Virus record (IMG/VR): IMGVR_UViG_3300045996_002966
Span: 7,960-71,959 of that record
Length of the DNA stretch: 64,000 nt
Reading direction: 5' to 3' (one strand)
Origin: a virus
Shown here piece by piece: positions 33,806-42,873 of this stretch. Numbering within the stretch: position 1 is the first letter of the stretch; each line of letters starts with the position of its first letter. The translations under genes and the position numbers were made by a program. The notes beneath the pieces were generated by a model. It was not told the DNA's origin, did no database searches, and saw only the letters and a program-made list of their open reading frames with translations.

Positions 33806-36598
33806 TTACCTCGTCGTACGCCGTTGCTTGTTCGACATGGTGCGCTCGACGACCGTAGTCAGAATGCGCTTCATCTCCATCGGGCTCGGCTGATTCGAAT
33901 TACCGGGCGGCATATTGATATGAAACTCGTTATGCACAGGCCCTCCACCGCCGCCACCTTCGACCCCAAGCTTGCCATTGCGGCCCCGCTTTAGGGGCAT
34001 GACGGCCTCCGGGCCAGCCTCAGCCATGAGACCCATGCCGGACGCGAAGCGGAACATGGTGGGCCTCGTATAGACCCCGGAGGACAGGCCGTTGATGCCG
34101 CCCATGAAGGTGCCGCCGCTCGCAAACACCTGATCAGCGATCGCTTGGTTACCCGCAGCGGTGAACGCGGAGCTGCCCCTCGAGCCGGCGCCACCCATCA
34201 GCTGGAGCAGCATGCTGACGGTTTGTTTCGTGAAGAAGCGAGCCATATCGGCCTGCATGCTCTTGAGCAAGTTCGAAAAGGAGAGCTTGCCACTCGTCGC
34301 CGCATCGGCCATCGCATCCTCGAGGCCGCCGAAGGCATTCGTAAACATGCCCTCGGTCTGAGTCGCGAGGTCGTTGGCCTCGTCGATGTAATTCGCGATA
34401 GCCTCACGAGCGCCAGTCGCAGCATCGCGCTGCTTCTCCTGAAGACGACTCCAATAGACGTCGTACTCGTTCAAAGCCTTGTCGCGAAACTCCTTGATAA
34501 TCTCGATCTGCTTGTCAAGCTGATCCTTCTGCTCTTGGGTTTGCGCTGCGGCGCGCTCCCGCGTCGTATCCAACAGCTGCTGCTGGTACTTCTCGTTGAT
34601 CTGAGTCAGACCCCGCAACCGATCGCGGGCAAGGTTTCCCTGGCCCATGCTGGCGATCTCGAGGTCGTGTTGGCGCTCAAGGCTGGTCAGGTAGTCCTCA
34701 GCCGCATCGCGCATCGCCTGAATATCTTTGATACGATTGCGGGCTGCGTTGGCTTGCGTAGTCTCGAGATTCTGCTCGGTGATATTCGTCTTACGACGAA
34801 TGCGCTCGATCTCACTTTCGCTATCGGCAATCTGCCGGTTGAGCTGGATGACCTCAGCGTTATAACGGCGCTGGGCCTCGAGCTTCTCCTGCTCCGTGCC
34901 ACCCGAGGCGTCGCGGCGCTCAGCAGCGATCTGCTTCTCCTCCTCGAGCCGTGCGATTTCCTGCTCGAGGGCTGCTTGACGTATACGAGCATCCTGATGA
35001 AGCAACTCCTTCCGACGCGCATAGTAATCCTCCTCGTCCACGAGACCGGCAGAGCGCAGAGCCTCGAGCCGATCGTTAGCGTTTTCATTGTCGGCAACAA
35101 TGTCACCCAGGGCTCGCTGAATAGCAGCGATATCCGAACCTAGATCCTTGGCCCCGATCCTGATCTCGAGCTGGGCGAGCCGCTTGGCGGCTGCTTCGGC
35201 TTCGCGCTGAGCCTTCTTAGCACCCGAGTCCAGCGAGGATGGACGGGCCGCCGCCTGCATCTTCTTGATCTCGGCTTCCGACTTACCAGCCGCCAGGCCG
35301 GTCTCACGGATCTTCTTCGCGGTCTCCGCGTACTTCTCGGCAACGGTTTGGTGCTTCTTGGACAGCTCCTCCCAGGCGCGCCCGGCAGCCTTCGCAGCCT
35401 GGATATCCGCGAGGTTGTTGGCAATGCGTCGATCGTCGCCCGATAGCTCTGGGGTGCCGGCACCAGCTGGGTCGCGCTGGTTGGCGAACCGCTTCATGTC
35501 CTCCGTGGTCGCCTGGAGCTGGTTGGACAGGCTCTTGGCACGGCCCTCGAGCATCGCCATGTGAGTCAGCTGCGCCTGCGATGGGGCGGTGCCCGACTCC
35601 TTCCGGTAGTTCTCCAGCTCCTGAATAGTCTTGTTGATCTGATAAGAGAGCCGTGCGCTCTTGGTCTCCAGCTCGGATAGCTGATCCAGGCCTAGGAGCC
35701 TGCTCAGCAGCCCAGGGTCGACGATGATATTCGAGAAGGTCTCGACGCCTTCAGCGAGCTTTCTAGTAAGGCCATAGGCCTGATCGATCTTCCCGATCGA
35801 GACCTGGACCGCGTTCTGCAGCGCGGTGAGGGACTGTTCGAAGGTCTGCGGCATGCGAGCCGCTTCAGCGTTCAACGCACCGAGCTGCGCGATCAGCGCT
35901 GGAATCATCGAACCGGTGGTGAGCTCTCCCGCAGCGGCCATCGCCCGCAGCTCAGAGGTAGTCCGCCCCATGCCCTTGGCGATGGCCTCCATCAGCCGAG
36001 GCATCTGCTCGTTGACCGAGTTGAACTCGTCGCCGCGCAGCGTACCACTCGCGAAGGCTTGGCCTAGCTGCCGCAGTGCACCAGACGCTTCCTGCGCGTT
36101 GGTACCTGAGATGAGCATCGACTTGCCGACGGCATCCGTGACCTTCAGCAGGTCTTGCTCGGTTACCCCTGCGTCCTTCGTCGCCCGAGCTAGCGAGGTG
36201 TAGAGGTTGGTAGTCTCACCGAGGCTTTGCTTGTTCTTCTGCGCCTGCGCAAAGAGGTTGTTCTGGACGCGCTCGAGCTGCCCGGTGCTGTTAGTCACCA
36301 GGGCCAGCCGGGCGTTCATCAACGCATAGTTATCGGCAACCGCGATAACCTGGCGGGCAACGGTGACAAGGGCAAGGCCCTGCATCGCCCGACCGAAGGT
36401 CGTGATGGCACTCGCGACGCGGGCGGTGCTGGTCGACACCTGCTGCATGTCGCCAGCGAGGCGGCGCGACCTCCCACCGAGGGAGCCCATCTGGGCTTCC
36501 GTGCGAACACCGGCACTCGTAAGAGCACGGAGCCGCTCCGCCGCGGTCTGGGCAGCGGTGCTGTCGACCTGTATGCCGAGCCGGGCGATGTCACTCAT
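33806..36598 (-). CDS. Tape measure protein
   Basis: QLGQAFASGTLRGDEFNSVNEQ domain; long helix; lambda-type C-terminus MAEAGPEAVMPLKRG. Confidence 0.95.
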   Translation of the reverse strand: MSDIARLGIQVDSTAAQTAAERLRALTSAGVRTEAQMGSLGGRSRRLAGDMQQVSTSTARVASAITTFGRAMQGLALVTVARQVIAVADNYALMNARLALVTNSTGQLERVQNNLFAQAQKNKQSLGETTNLYTSLARATKDAGVTEQDLLKVTDAVGKSMLISGTNAQEASGALRQLGQAFASGTLRGDEFNSVNEQMPRLMEAIAKGMGRTTSELRAMAAAGELTTGSMIPALIAQLGALNAEAARMPQTFEQSLTALQNAVQVSIGKIDQAYGLTRKLAEGVETFSNIIVDPGLLSRLLGLDQLSELETKSARLSYQINKTIQELENYRKESGTAPSQAQLTHMAMLEGRAKSLSNQLQATTEDMKRFANQRDPAGAGTPELSGDDRRIANNLADIQAAKAAGRAWEELSKKHQTVAEKYAETAKKIRETGLAAGKSEAEIKKMQAAARPSSLDSGAKKAQREAEAAAKRLAQLEIRIGAKDLGSDIAAIQRALGDIVADNENANDRLEALRSAGLVDEEDYYARRKELLHQDARIRQAALEQEIARLEEEKQIAAERRDASGGTEQEKLEAQRRYNAEVIQLNRQIADSESEIERIRRKTNITEQNLETTQANAARNRIKDIQAMRDAAEDYLTSLERQHDLEIASMGQGNLARDRLRGLTQINEKYQQQLLDTTRERAAAQTQEQKDQLDKQIEIIKEFRDKALNEYDVYWSRLQEKQRDAATGAREAIANYIDEANDLATQTEGMFTNAFGGLEDAMADAATSGKLSFSNLLKSMQADMARFFTKQTVSMLLQLMGGAGSRGSSAFTAAGNQAIADQVFASGGTFMGGINGLSSGVYTRPTMFRFASGMGLMAEAGPEAVMPLKRGRNGKLGVEGGGGGGPVHNEFHINMPPGNSNQPSPMEMKRILTTVVERTMSNKQRRTTR

Positions 36599-36935
36599 CG
36601 TCTAGCTCTGCCTGCTGCGACCGATTCCGCAGTGTAATGATTTCGACCGCTTCCATTGCCCTGATGCCTTCAAAGACGTCAATCCACTCACCCTTTGGCA
36701 CGCCTACCAACCTAAGCACCGTGGGCAACACCCCGTAATCCAAACCTGTCGCGCCGTAGTGGCTGAATCGCCACTGAGTCCGCATGGCGACGTAGACCTC
36801 GACCGTCGTCATGTTATCTGGCCATACCGCCACCTCTGCCGGCCGGTAATCCTCCTCGCTCAAACCGTATAGGGCCATCTCCTCGGGGTCAGGAGGTACC
36901 CATAACAGTCGGCGCGCACAGGTTTTCAGTTTCCC
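36591..36935 (-). CDS. Tail assembly chaperone, frameshift extension (gpT-like)
   Basis: VWPDN...TQWR...TGLDY motifs; reached by a -1 shift. Confidence 0.8.
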   Translation of the reverse strand, partial: GKLKTCARRLLWVPPDPEEMALYGLSEEDYRPAEVAVWPDNMTTVEVYVAMRTQWRFSHYGATGLDYGVLPTVLRLVGVPKGEWIDVFEGIRAMEAVEIITLRNRSQQAELDDE

Positions 36936-37240
36936 AATCGTTGCTGCGTGAGCTCCGCAAGATAGGCATCGCGAATGGCGAAGGAAGCACCACCGTAGTT
37001 CTCGAGTAGTGTGTGGAGGGCGTCCCTGCTGAACTCCTCGTCCACGTTTTCCCAGCCTGTCACCATGTCCATCAGATAATCGACGTCCTCCTTTTTCATC
37101 ACCTCGGGGTCGCTGCTCCACTCCCGCAGAGCTGATCGAGTCCGGTGCTTGAAAATGAAGGTAATAGGTTTAGGTTCTCCTCCAGCCACAGGGATGGCGA
37201 CCTTTGCTTTGAAGGTCGGATCTACTTTTAGTTTGAACAT
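36926..37240 (-). CDS. Tail assembly chaperone (gpG-like)
   Basis: PTFKAKV.IP...RLGN C-terminus; lies between tail tube and tape measure genes. Confidence 0.88.
   Translation of the reverse strand: MFKLKVDPTFKAKVAIPVAGGEPKPITFIFKHRTRSALREWSSDPEVMKKEDVDYLMDMVTGWENVDEEFSRDALHTLLENYGGASFAIRDAYLAELTQQRLGN
36929..36935 (-). promoter_or_regulatory. Programmed -1 frameshift site G GGA AAC
   Basis: X XXY YYZ heptamer immediately before the gpG-like stop. Confidence 0.8.
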
Positions 37241-37259
37241 CAGCAGTTACCTCGTTGGA

Positions 37260-37910
37260 TTAAGGTGCCGCGTACCTCATCGGGTCAGACAGCAGCGAGA
37301 GCGTGACTTCCACAGCCATGATCTCGTTCACCGTGAGGGTCGGCGTTTTGTTGAGGGAGATGTACGCGTTGTAGAAGATCGTCGCGCCCGAGGGCAGCGT
37401 GATCCGCACCGCGCGGGGCAGTCGGTCGTCGTTCGCCGCGCTCGCCAGCTGGTAGCCAGGCAGAGCCGGGTCGTCCGCAACCGTAAAGGAAAGGCCCGAG
37501 GCAGACTTGGTGGTTGGGATCCGCTGCTGCGTATCGCTTTCGAGCAGCTGATACTCCAGGAACTGCTGCTCACCACCCGAAGAGGCCGAGCCCAGGATTT
37601 GAGCCAGCTGAGTCCACGTGAGAACTTCCATGACGAAACCAGAGCCACCGCCCGCCGGGTAAAGGCTGGTGCTGGTGCTATTCACACCGGTCAGCGGGAT
37701 AACATCGCCCGCCGGCGTACCGGCGACGACAACGCGGTCAGTCAGTTTCGACCAACCGGAGGTCACCACCATTACATCGTTGGCGACAATTCCATGACCG
37801 GTTGCGAGAGTAGCTTGGGCCGGGTTGGCATTCGAAACCGCCGACATGACCTTGGAGGTTCCATAGCTCGCGGCGATCGCGACCAGGGCACCATTGGGAA
37901 GTGAAATCAT
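37260..37910 (-). CDS. Major tail tube protein
   Basis: LPNGA...SNANPA, SGW and GGEQQF..QLLE...IPT motifs. Confidence 0.9.
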   Translation of the reverse strand: MISLPNGALVAIAASYGTSKVMSAVSNANPAQATLATGHGIVANDVMVVTSGWSKLTDRVVVAGTPAGDVIPLTGVNSTSTSLYPAGGGSGFVMEVLTWTQLAQILGSASSGGEQQFLEYQLLESDTQQRIPTTKSASGLSFTVADDPALPGYQLASAANDDRLPRAVRITLPSGATIFYNAYISLNKTPTLTVNEIMAVEVTLSLLSDPMRYAAP

Positions 37911-37927
37911 GATTGCTTATCCTTAAA

Positions 37928-38344
37928 TCAGATGGTGTCCGACCGCACTTGGCAGGAAACCGGTTGTGTGTAAGCGTTGGCCTCCGAGGTGGAGCCACCG
38001 GGAGACATAGGCGTGGTGATTATGACTACCACGTCATTCTCTCCCACCAAGCGAAGATTCACCGGGAACAGGGTGCTCAGTTCCTGGAGTAGATCCTCAG
38101 CATCTCCGGAACCTTCACCAGCTCGGGTAACGATGTTGATCTGGAAAATTCCTTCGTAAACTCGATGTGCCCCCTCGAGGTCGAAGCTTCGGACGCCTAC
38201 GGGCAGCAGGTAGACGGCCAGGTAAGTCTCCCCTGGGGTCTCCGGGCTGTTCTGCCAGACCAGAGCCAGGGGCTCGAGCCGGGAGGCATTCCAGGTACGC
38301 AGGCGCTGCTCGAGAACGGCGCGGACAAGTGCCTGCTCGCTCAT
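37928..38344 (-). CDS. Tail terminator (DUF4128-like)
   Basis: GIFQINIV..AGEG; synteny. Confidence 0.8.
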   Translation of the reverse strand: MSEQALVRAVLEQRLRTWNASRLEPLALVWQNSPETPGETYLAVYLLPVGVRSFDLEGAHRVYEGIFQINIVTRAGEGSGDAEDLLQELSTLFPVNLRLVGENDVVVIITTPMSPGGSTSEANAYTQPVSCQVRSDTI

Positions 38345-38739
38345 GATACGGTCGCCACGGCAGCGCTCAGATACTGCTGGAAGCGAGCCGCGCTGATGCG
38401 GACCATTCCGGCAGGAGCCTGCTTGCTATATCCGTACTCCAAGCGAGTGGCGTACGGAAGGTTGTTGGTGATCCAGATCAGATCGCCTAGCTTCGCCGAG
38501 CCAAGTCCATTGGCGATCCTCGTCAACGCAGCGCTGCCCGACTTATCCGCGCCGGTGTTGGTAGCAACGTTGGGGCTATAGCCAATCGAGAGGTACCAGT
38601 TGTTGCGAAACCGTCCGGTGTCGACGGGGCTCATCTGAATGAGCTGCGCAGCCATGTCGAGCGTGACCTTGCGAAGCACCTTCTCGACGTTGAGCTGGTA
38701 CTTCTTTTCAAAGGCCTCGAGGTCGGCGGCGAAGGTCAT
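38341..38739 (-). CDS. HK97 gp10-like tail completion protein
   Basis: SPVDTGRFRNNW and NNLPYA.RLEYG.SKQAPAGMVR. Confidence 0.9.
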   Translation of the reverse strand: MTFAADLEAFEKKYQLNVEKVLRKVTLDMAAQLIQMSPVDTGRFRNNWYLSIGYSPNVATNTGADKSGSAALTRIANGLGSAKLGDLIWITNNLPYATRLEYGYSKQAPAGMVRISAARFQQYLSAAVATVS

Positions 38740-39146
38740 CAGTCCTTCCTCGCTTGGACTTCGTACAACACGGGAATACCCGCCGGCGCGATGGTACGGT
38801 TGTTGATAACCTCGTATTCTTCGTAGCCGACTACCTGACCTCCCTGCAGCACAGGCATCACCAGCACGTCGCCCTTCTTCGGCTCCTGCGAGAGCGTAGG
38901 CGCCAGCAGCACACGACTGTCGGTCACCTGGATCAGGGTTCCGTCGATGTCCGCAAGGTCATACTGCAGGACGACCGCATGCACCTCGTCCTCCGACCAC
39001 CGTTCACCGAGGTAGCCGTACTCCACCTTACCCGTGGCCGGGTTGTAGATTCCCGGCTCCTTGACCTTGAAGATCACAGGCGCACCGAACCGAGCCAATA
39101 AGCGCTCGGCGGTTTGGGCGGTGGCGGAGTAGTCGAAAGCAGCCAT
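38739..39146 (-). CDS. Head closure protein
   Basis: YNPATG, IDGTLI...D and PAG...LY..Q.R motifs. Confidence 0.8.
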   Translation of the reverse strand: MAAFDYSATAQTAERLLARFGAPVIFKVKEPGIYNPATGKVEYGYLGERWSEDEVHAVVLQYDLADIDGTLIQVTDSRVLLAPTLSQEPKKGDVLVMPVLQGGQVVGYEEYEVINNRTIAPAGIPVLYEVQARKD

Positions 39147-39646
39147 CAACCCCTCACGAGCAGGGTTTGACCACTGGCAGACGATCGCAGGTAGGGACTG
39201 AGGTAAAGGTCGGCAAAGGTGTGAACGTTCTTCGCCCTGCGCGCTTCGCTGTAAGTCACGCTAATCGGGCCGACCTTCTCACTGGTTACCTGCTGCTGGC
39301 TTTCCTCGGATTCATCGATGAGAGGCTTGGTGCTAGCCTCGAGCGCCAACTGGGCCGTTGCCTTCGCCACGCCGGTAGGTACCACCAGCGGATCGACGAG
39401 CAAGACCCCCGGAAGGTAATTGATCCGCGGCCACTGCAGATCCTGGAACGCAGCCACCGGCTGGCCAACCCAAAGGCCGGCATACGTAGCCTCCAGGTAA
39501 TCGGTAGCTTGGCGGAGCAACTCCTCCTTGCGCGTGGTCGTGAGAGCAGCCCAGGCGGCATTACCCCGAGCTGCGTGGTACGCGTCGGCTGTGGCTACTG
39601 AGATGTAGCTATCAGCCCCCACGGCAGGAACCACGACCAAGGCCAT
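39146..39646 (-). CDS. Head-tail adaptor (DnaT-like family)
   Basis: ADSYISVA.ADAYH, Q.LQWPR and EKVGPISVTY. Confidence 0.88.
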   Translation of the reverse strand: MALVVVPAVGADSYISVATADAYHAARGNAAWAALTTTRKEELLRQATDYLEATYAGLWVGQPVAAFQDLQWPRINYLPGVLLVDPLVVPTGVAKATAQLALEASTKPLIDESEESQQQVTSEKVGPISVTYSEARRAKNVHTFADLYLSPYLRSSASGQTLLVRG

Positions 39647-39661
39647 AGAATCACCCCCCTA

Positions 39662-39958
39662 TCAACCCTTTGGAGGCGCCTGGAGCCAACCAAGCCCTTC
39701 CATGATCTCTATGGAGTTGCGGTTGACCTCAGCTCGCACCTGACCGTCGGACGACCACATGAAGATGCAATCCTCACCCTGAGGCAGCTCCTCCGTGGTT
39801 CCCTCGGCCTCAACCGTGTAGTTGAGACCGGGAAAGGCGAACACCGCCGCGGAGGGCGGTGCTACCTTCTGGGCTGAGCCCTTACCCACGAAGCCCACCC
39901 ATGCGGTTCCAGCCGGCGCGCTCGTAATCCCCGACCATCTTCTCAGGAACCTGGGCAT
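39662..39958 (-). CDS. Small head-associated protein; start uncertain
   Basis: C-terminal A.V....GW module resembles that of the upstream gene. Confidence 0.55.
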   Translation of the reverse strand: MPRFLRRWSGITSAPAGTAWVGFVGKGSAQKVAPPSAAVFAFPGLNYTVEAEGTTEELPQGEDCIFMWSSDGQVRAEVNRNSIEIMEGLGWLQAPPKG

Positions 39959-40499
39959 AGACCCGACCCGGAACGTCCGGCGTAATGCGGTAGAGCATCA
40001 CGAGGTCTTTGTCCGGCGCGATGCCGTCGGCCAACTTCGGATTCTCCGGGTCGTTGCCGAACTTCTGCGCGAAGTGGTCCGAAGCTTTCAGCTCCGGCGG
40101 CACGACGGCCAGGGTTCCCGCGTCCGCCACAGTCGCGATGACACGCTTTTTATCGGCGTCGTTCATCGCAGCCTCGGCAGCCTTGGCGCGAAGGTCATCG
40201 GCTTTGGTCGCCAAATCGTTCGCCTTCTTCTGCTCCGGAGTGAGCTGCACGTCAGCCTCGTTCCGAGCCTTGTCGGCCTCGGCTTTGGCAGCCAGGTAGG
40301 CTTTCATCTCCGGGCCTACCGTGTCGTCGCCGGTGGCGAGGCGCGGGTGCTCGGTGGACAGAGGAACGTCGGAGCCCGTCGCGGTATTCATCACCGCAGC
40401 CTGCTCCTCGGGTGCAGCGATGGGCTGCTTGTCGGCGACTGGGATGTCGCCCGAGGTGTCGCCCTGAAGTGCACCGTCTTTCGGTTTGCTAGTAGCCAT
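39882..40499 (-). CDS. Head-associated protein following the capsid gene
   Basis: AGGA RBS; Ala/Asp/Lys-rich with C-terminal AQV...V.DY..AGW module. Confidence 0.75.
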   Translation of the reverse strand: MATSKPKDGALQGDTSGDIPVADKQPIAAPEEQAAVMNTATGSDVPLSTEHPRLATGDDTVGPEMKAYLAAKAEADKARNEADVQLTPEQKKANDLATKADDLRAKAAEAAMNDADKKRVIATVADAGTLAVVPPELKASDHFAQKFGNDPENPKLADGIAPDKDLVMLYRITPDVPGRVYAQVPEKMVGDYERAGWNRMGGLRG

Positions 40500-40571
40500 G
40501 ATCAAATTCCTATGTGTGAAGGTGTGCAAGGACTAGCCGGCTTTCACCGGCCTGTCAATCAGCGTCGGGGA

Positions 40572-41837
40572 TTAACCGAGCAGCAGTGCGATCTGGTACG
40601 GGTTCGGCGCAGCGACACCCCAAACAGCCGCGATTTCGATCTTGATCTGCCGGTATTGACGATACAGGCTGATCTCAAAGGTAACCCCGGTGAACGGATC
40701 CTGAACCGTGGTCCGGTCGTCCGCCATGTCCGCTGCATTGCCGTTGAGGTCCACAGGCAGGGCCGGCAGACGGGTGGCGAGCAACAGGCCGTTGCGCGAG
40801 AAAGCCACGTTTGGCGTGAAGGAATTGCCGATCGTCATCGCCACGCCGGAAGCCAGCGGCATGCGCAGGCCAGGCCGGTTGAGGGTGATAACGCCAGGAG
40901 CCGCGACACCCGATCCGACGACGTATTTGTTTGTGTCGCCAGCGAAGGTCACGACGTCGCCTGCCTTCACCGTACCGGTGCCGGTAGCGAGCGTGATAGC
41001 CGTCGCGCCGACCGCGTAGGTGCCGGAGGTGACGTAGCTCGCGCCCGTACCCTTGATGTGCGGGGTGATGAGACCCGAAAAGCCGATGTCGAAGTCCGTC
41101 ACTTGACCGACCCGACCGCGACGCAGGAGGTCGTCGGTACCCGATTCGTTCACCTTGAACAGCACCGACTGCTTGCCGCGCAGGTTGGCCATGGCCGCGG
41201 AGTTGACGACCATCCGACGGCCGGGAGGCACGCCGTTGTCGTCGAGGATCTGCGCCGTCAGGGCGAAGTCGGAGAGGTCATTCGGGGTGCCGAAGGGCGT
41301 GGTGCCTGCGGTACCGGCAGCGCGCGAGGCCGCCGCGTAGGCAGCAAGCGCGAGGTCCGTTTCCATCTCGTTCGTGAGAGTACGGAAGGCTTGCGTGATC
41401 TGATCCAGGAGGATCGGGCGATGGCCGACGCCACCGTTATTCAGACCGAGCTGCTCTTCACCGTTCCAGCGAATCGGCACGTAGCGAGCTTTGCTGATCG
41501 TCAGCGGGATGCTCGAAAGCACCTGGTCGCCATCGTTCGGCGCGGTAACTCCTGGCGTTACGTCAGCCGCGGTCGCCTGCGGGGTGATGAACGAGGTAAT
41601 CGTCTGGCCGCGCGCTGCTCGAGAGACCTGCGGGTCACGAGCGATGGCAGGAATGAAGCCGGAATATTCCCGCGCTACCTGGTCGAGACCAAGGTAGAGC
41701 GAAGGGATCAAGCCGGTGAGGGTGTTGGCACCCATCACTAGACCTTGCCGCGCCATGAGCCCGAACAACTTGTCGTGGGCCAGGACCGCCACAGCGGCCA
41801 TGAACGCGGTGATTTTGTGGAAAAGACTCTTGACCAT
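40572..41837 (-). CDS. Major capsid protein (P22 coat-like, with inserted beta domain)
   Basis: ANTLTGLIP...ARE..GFIP, W.GEEQ and Y.QYRQ..IEI...WGV motifs. Confidence 0.92.
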   Translation of the reverse strand: MVKSLFHKITAFMAAVAVLAHDKLFGLMARQGLVMGANTLTGLIPSLYLGLDQVAREYSGFIPAIARDPQVSRAARGQTITSFITPQATAADVTPGVTAPNDGDQVLSSIPLTISKARYVPIRWNGEEQLGLNNGGVGHRPILLDQITQAFRTLTNEMETDLALAAYAAASRAAGTAGTTPFGTPNDLSDFALTAQILDDNGVPPGRRMVVNSAAMANLRGKQSVLFKVNESGTDDLLRRGRVGQVTDFDIGFSGLITPHIKGTGASYVTSGTYAVGATAITLATGTGTVKAGDVVTFAGDTNKYVVGSGVAAPGVITLNRPGLRMPLASGVAMTIGNSFTPNVAFSRNGLLLATRLPALPVDLNGNAADMADDRTTVQDPFTGVTFEISLYRQYRQIKIEIAAVWGVAAPNPYQIALLLG

Positions 41838-41899
41838 GAAGGAACCTCTCGATGAAGGCTGCCTTACATGGCAGCCAGGGGTTAACGAAAATGCGTGAC

Positions 41900-42706
41900 T
41901 TAATCGGTGATTACTGCCTTGCCCTGGCTGTGGTCGATGGCAACCGCACGCTTAGCGTCACCGTCCAGGGCTTCGAATTGTGCTCGAGACAATACGCGCT
42001 TACCACCGTGGTCTGCACCACCGTTGCTTGCACCACTGCCCGAGGAACCGGAACCCTTCATGATCCGATCCTTGTAGGGATACTGGTCAATCAGGATTTC
42101 CAAAGCCTCGTCAAAGTCAGCCACCTCGCCCATCTTCTGGCGAGAATAGATGGGCTTGCCGTCGGCCCCGTACGCGATGGCTTTGCCATTCTCGACCTTG
42201 AACGCTTTGCCGAAGGCAGCGCGAACCATGTCGGGCGGAATAGCGATCTTCTCGTTGATGAACTTGCTTCGCGCGAAGCCGCCGCCGATCATCTCCTCGT
42301 GAAGGCCATCGCGGTATTGGTCCCGCTCCTTCGCCAACACGTCGATTTGTTCTTTGGACTGCTTCAGCGTCGCTTGAACACGCTCCTCAGCTGCACGTTG
42401 CGCGGCAGCTTTGATCTCCTCGGCTTTACCCGCGGTGATCAGCTTGCCGTCGTCGAGGTTCTTCACAGTCTCGAGAGCCTTGCGGGCCTGCTCGGGATCT
42501 TCGATGCCCTCGAACTCCTTCACCTTGGCTTCGGCCACGGTGAAGCGCTCCTTGTAGCTTGTGTTCTCACCGGTTAGCTGGCCGATCTTCGTAAAGGCTT
42601 GCTCGGCATCGAAAGCGATCTCGCTGCCGTCGTCCTTTACGTAAATCGGTTTGCCATCCTTGAGCACAGGGATGCCCTTATCATCAAGTTTCAGTTTCCA
42701 AGCCAT
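41900..42706 (-). CDS. Capsid scaffolding protein
   Basis: KLKLD..G..V..DGKP.Y, IGG.FARSKFI and GE.ADFDEAL motifs; lies before the capsid gene. Confidence 0.88.
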   Translation of the reverse strand: MAWKLKLDDKGIPVLKDGKPIYVKDDGSEIAFDAEQAFTKIGQLTGENTSYKERFTVAEAKVKEFEGIEDPEQARKALETVKNLDDGKLITAGKAEEIKAAAQRAAEERVQATLKQSKEQIDVLAKERDQYRDGLHEEMIGGGFARSKFINEKIAIPPDMVRAAFGKAFKVENGKAIAYGADGKPIYSRQKMGEVADFDEALEILIDQYPYKDRIMKGSGSSGSGASNGGADHGGKRVLSRAQFEALDGDAKRAVAIDHSQGKAVITD

Positions 42707-42787
42707 GGTGACCTTCCTGGTCGAGAGGTGTTAAGGGCTTACTGCCCGAAGGCCGTCGCTCGTGCTTACTGCCGTGGCGGCGGGTAC

Positions 42788-42831
42788 AAAAAGAGGCCCA
42801 CGACTCGCAACGAAGTGCGAGCCGCGGGACC
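42788..42831 (-). terminator. Intrinsic terminator upstream of the scaffold leader
   Basis: About 15-bp stem, CTTCGT loop, TCTTTTT tail. Confidence 0.75.
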
Positions 42832-42873
42832 AATCCACCCGACTGGGCAGAGGAGACACTCGAATCACAACCC

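Noticed and set aside
36591-37240. Tail chaperone frameshift as a novelty
   Set aside because: This is the standard lambda G/GT-type mechanism; listed as a feature only.
39822-41741. 639-aa + strand ORF
   Set aside because: Antisense shadow of the GC3-biased capsid genes; no RBS or motifs.
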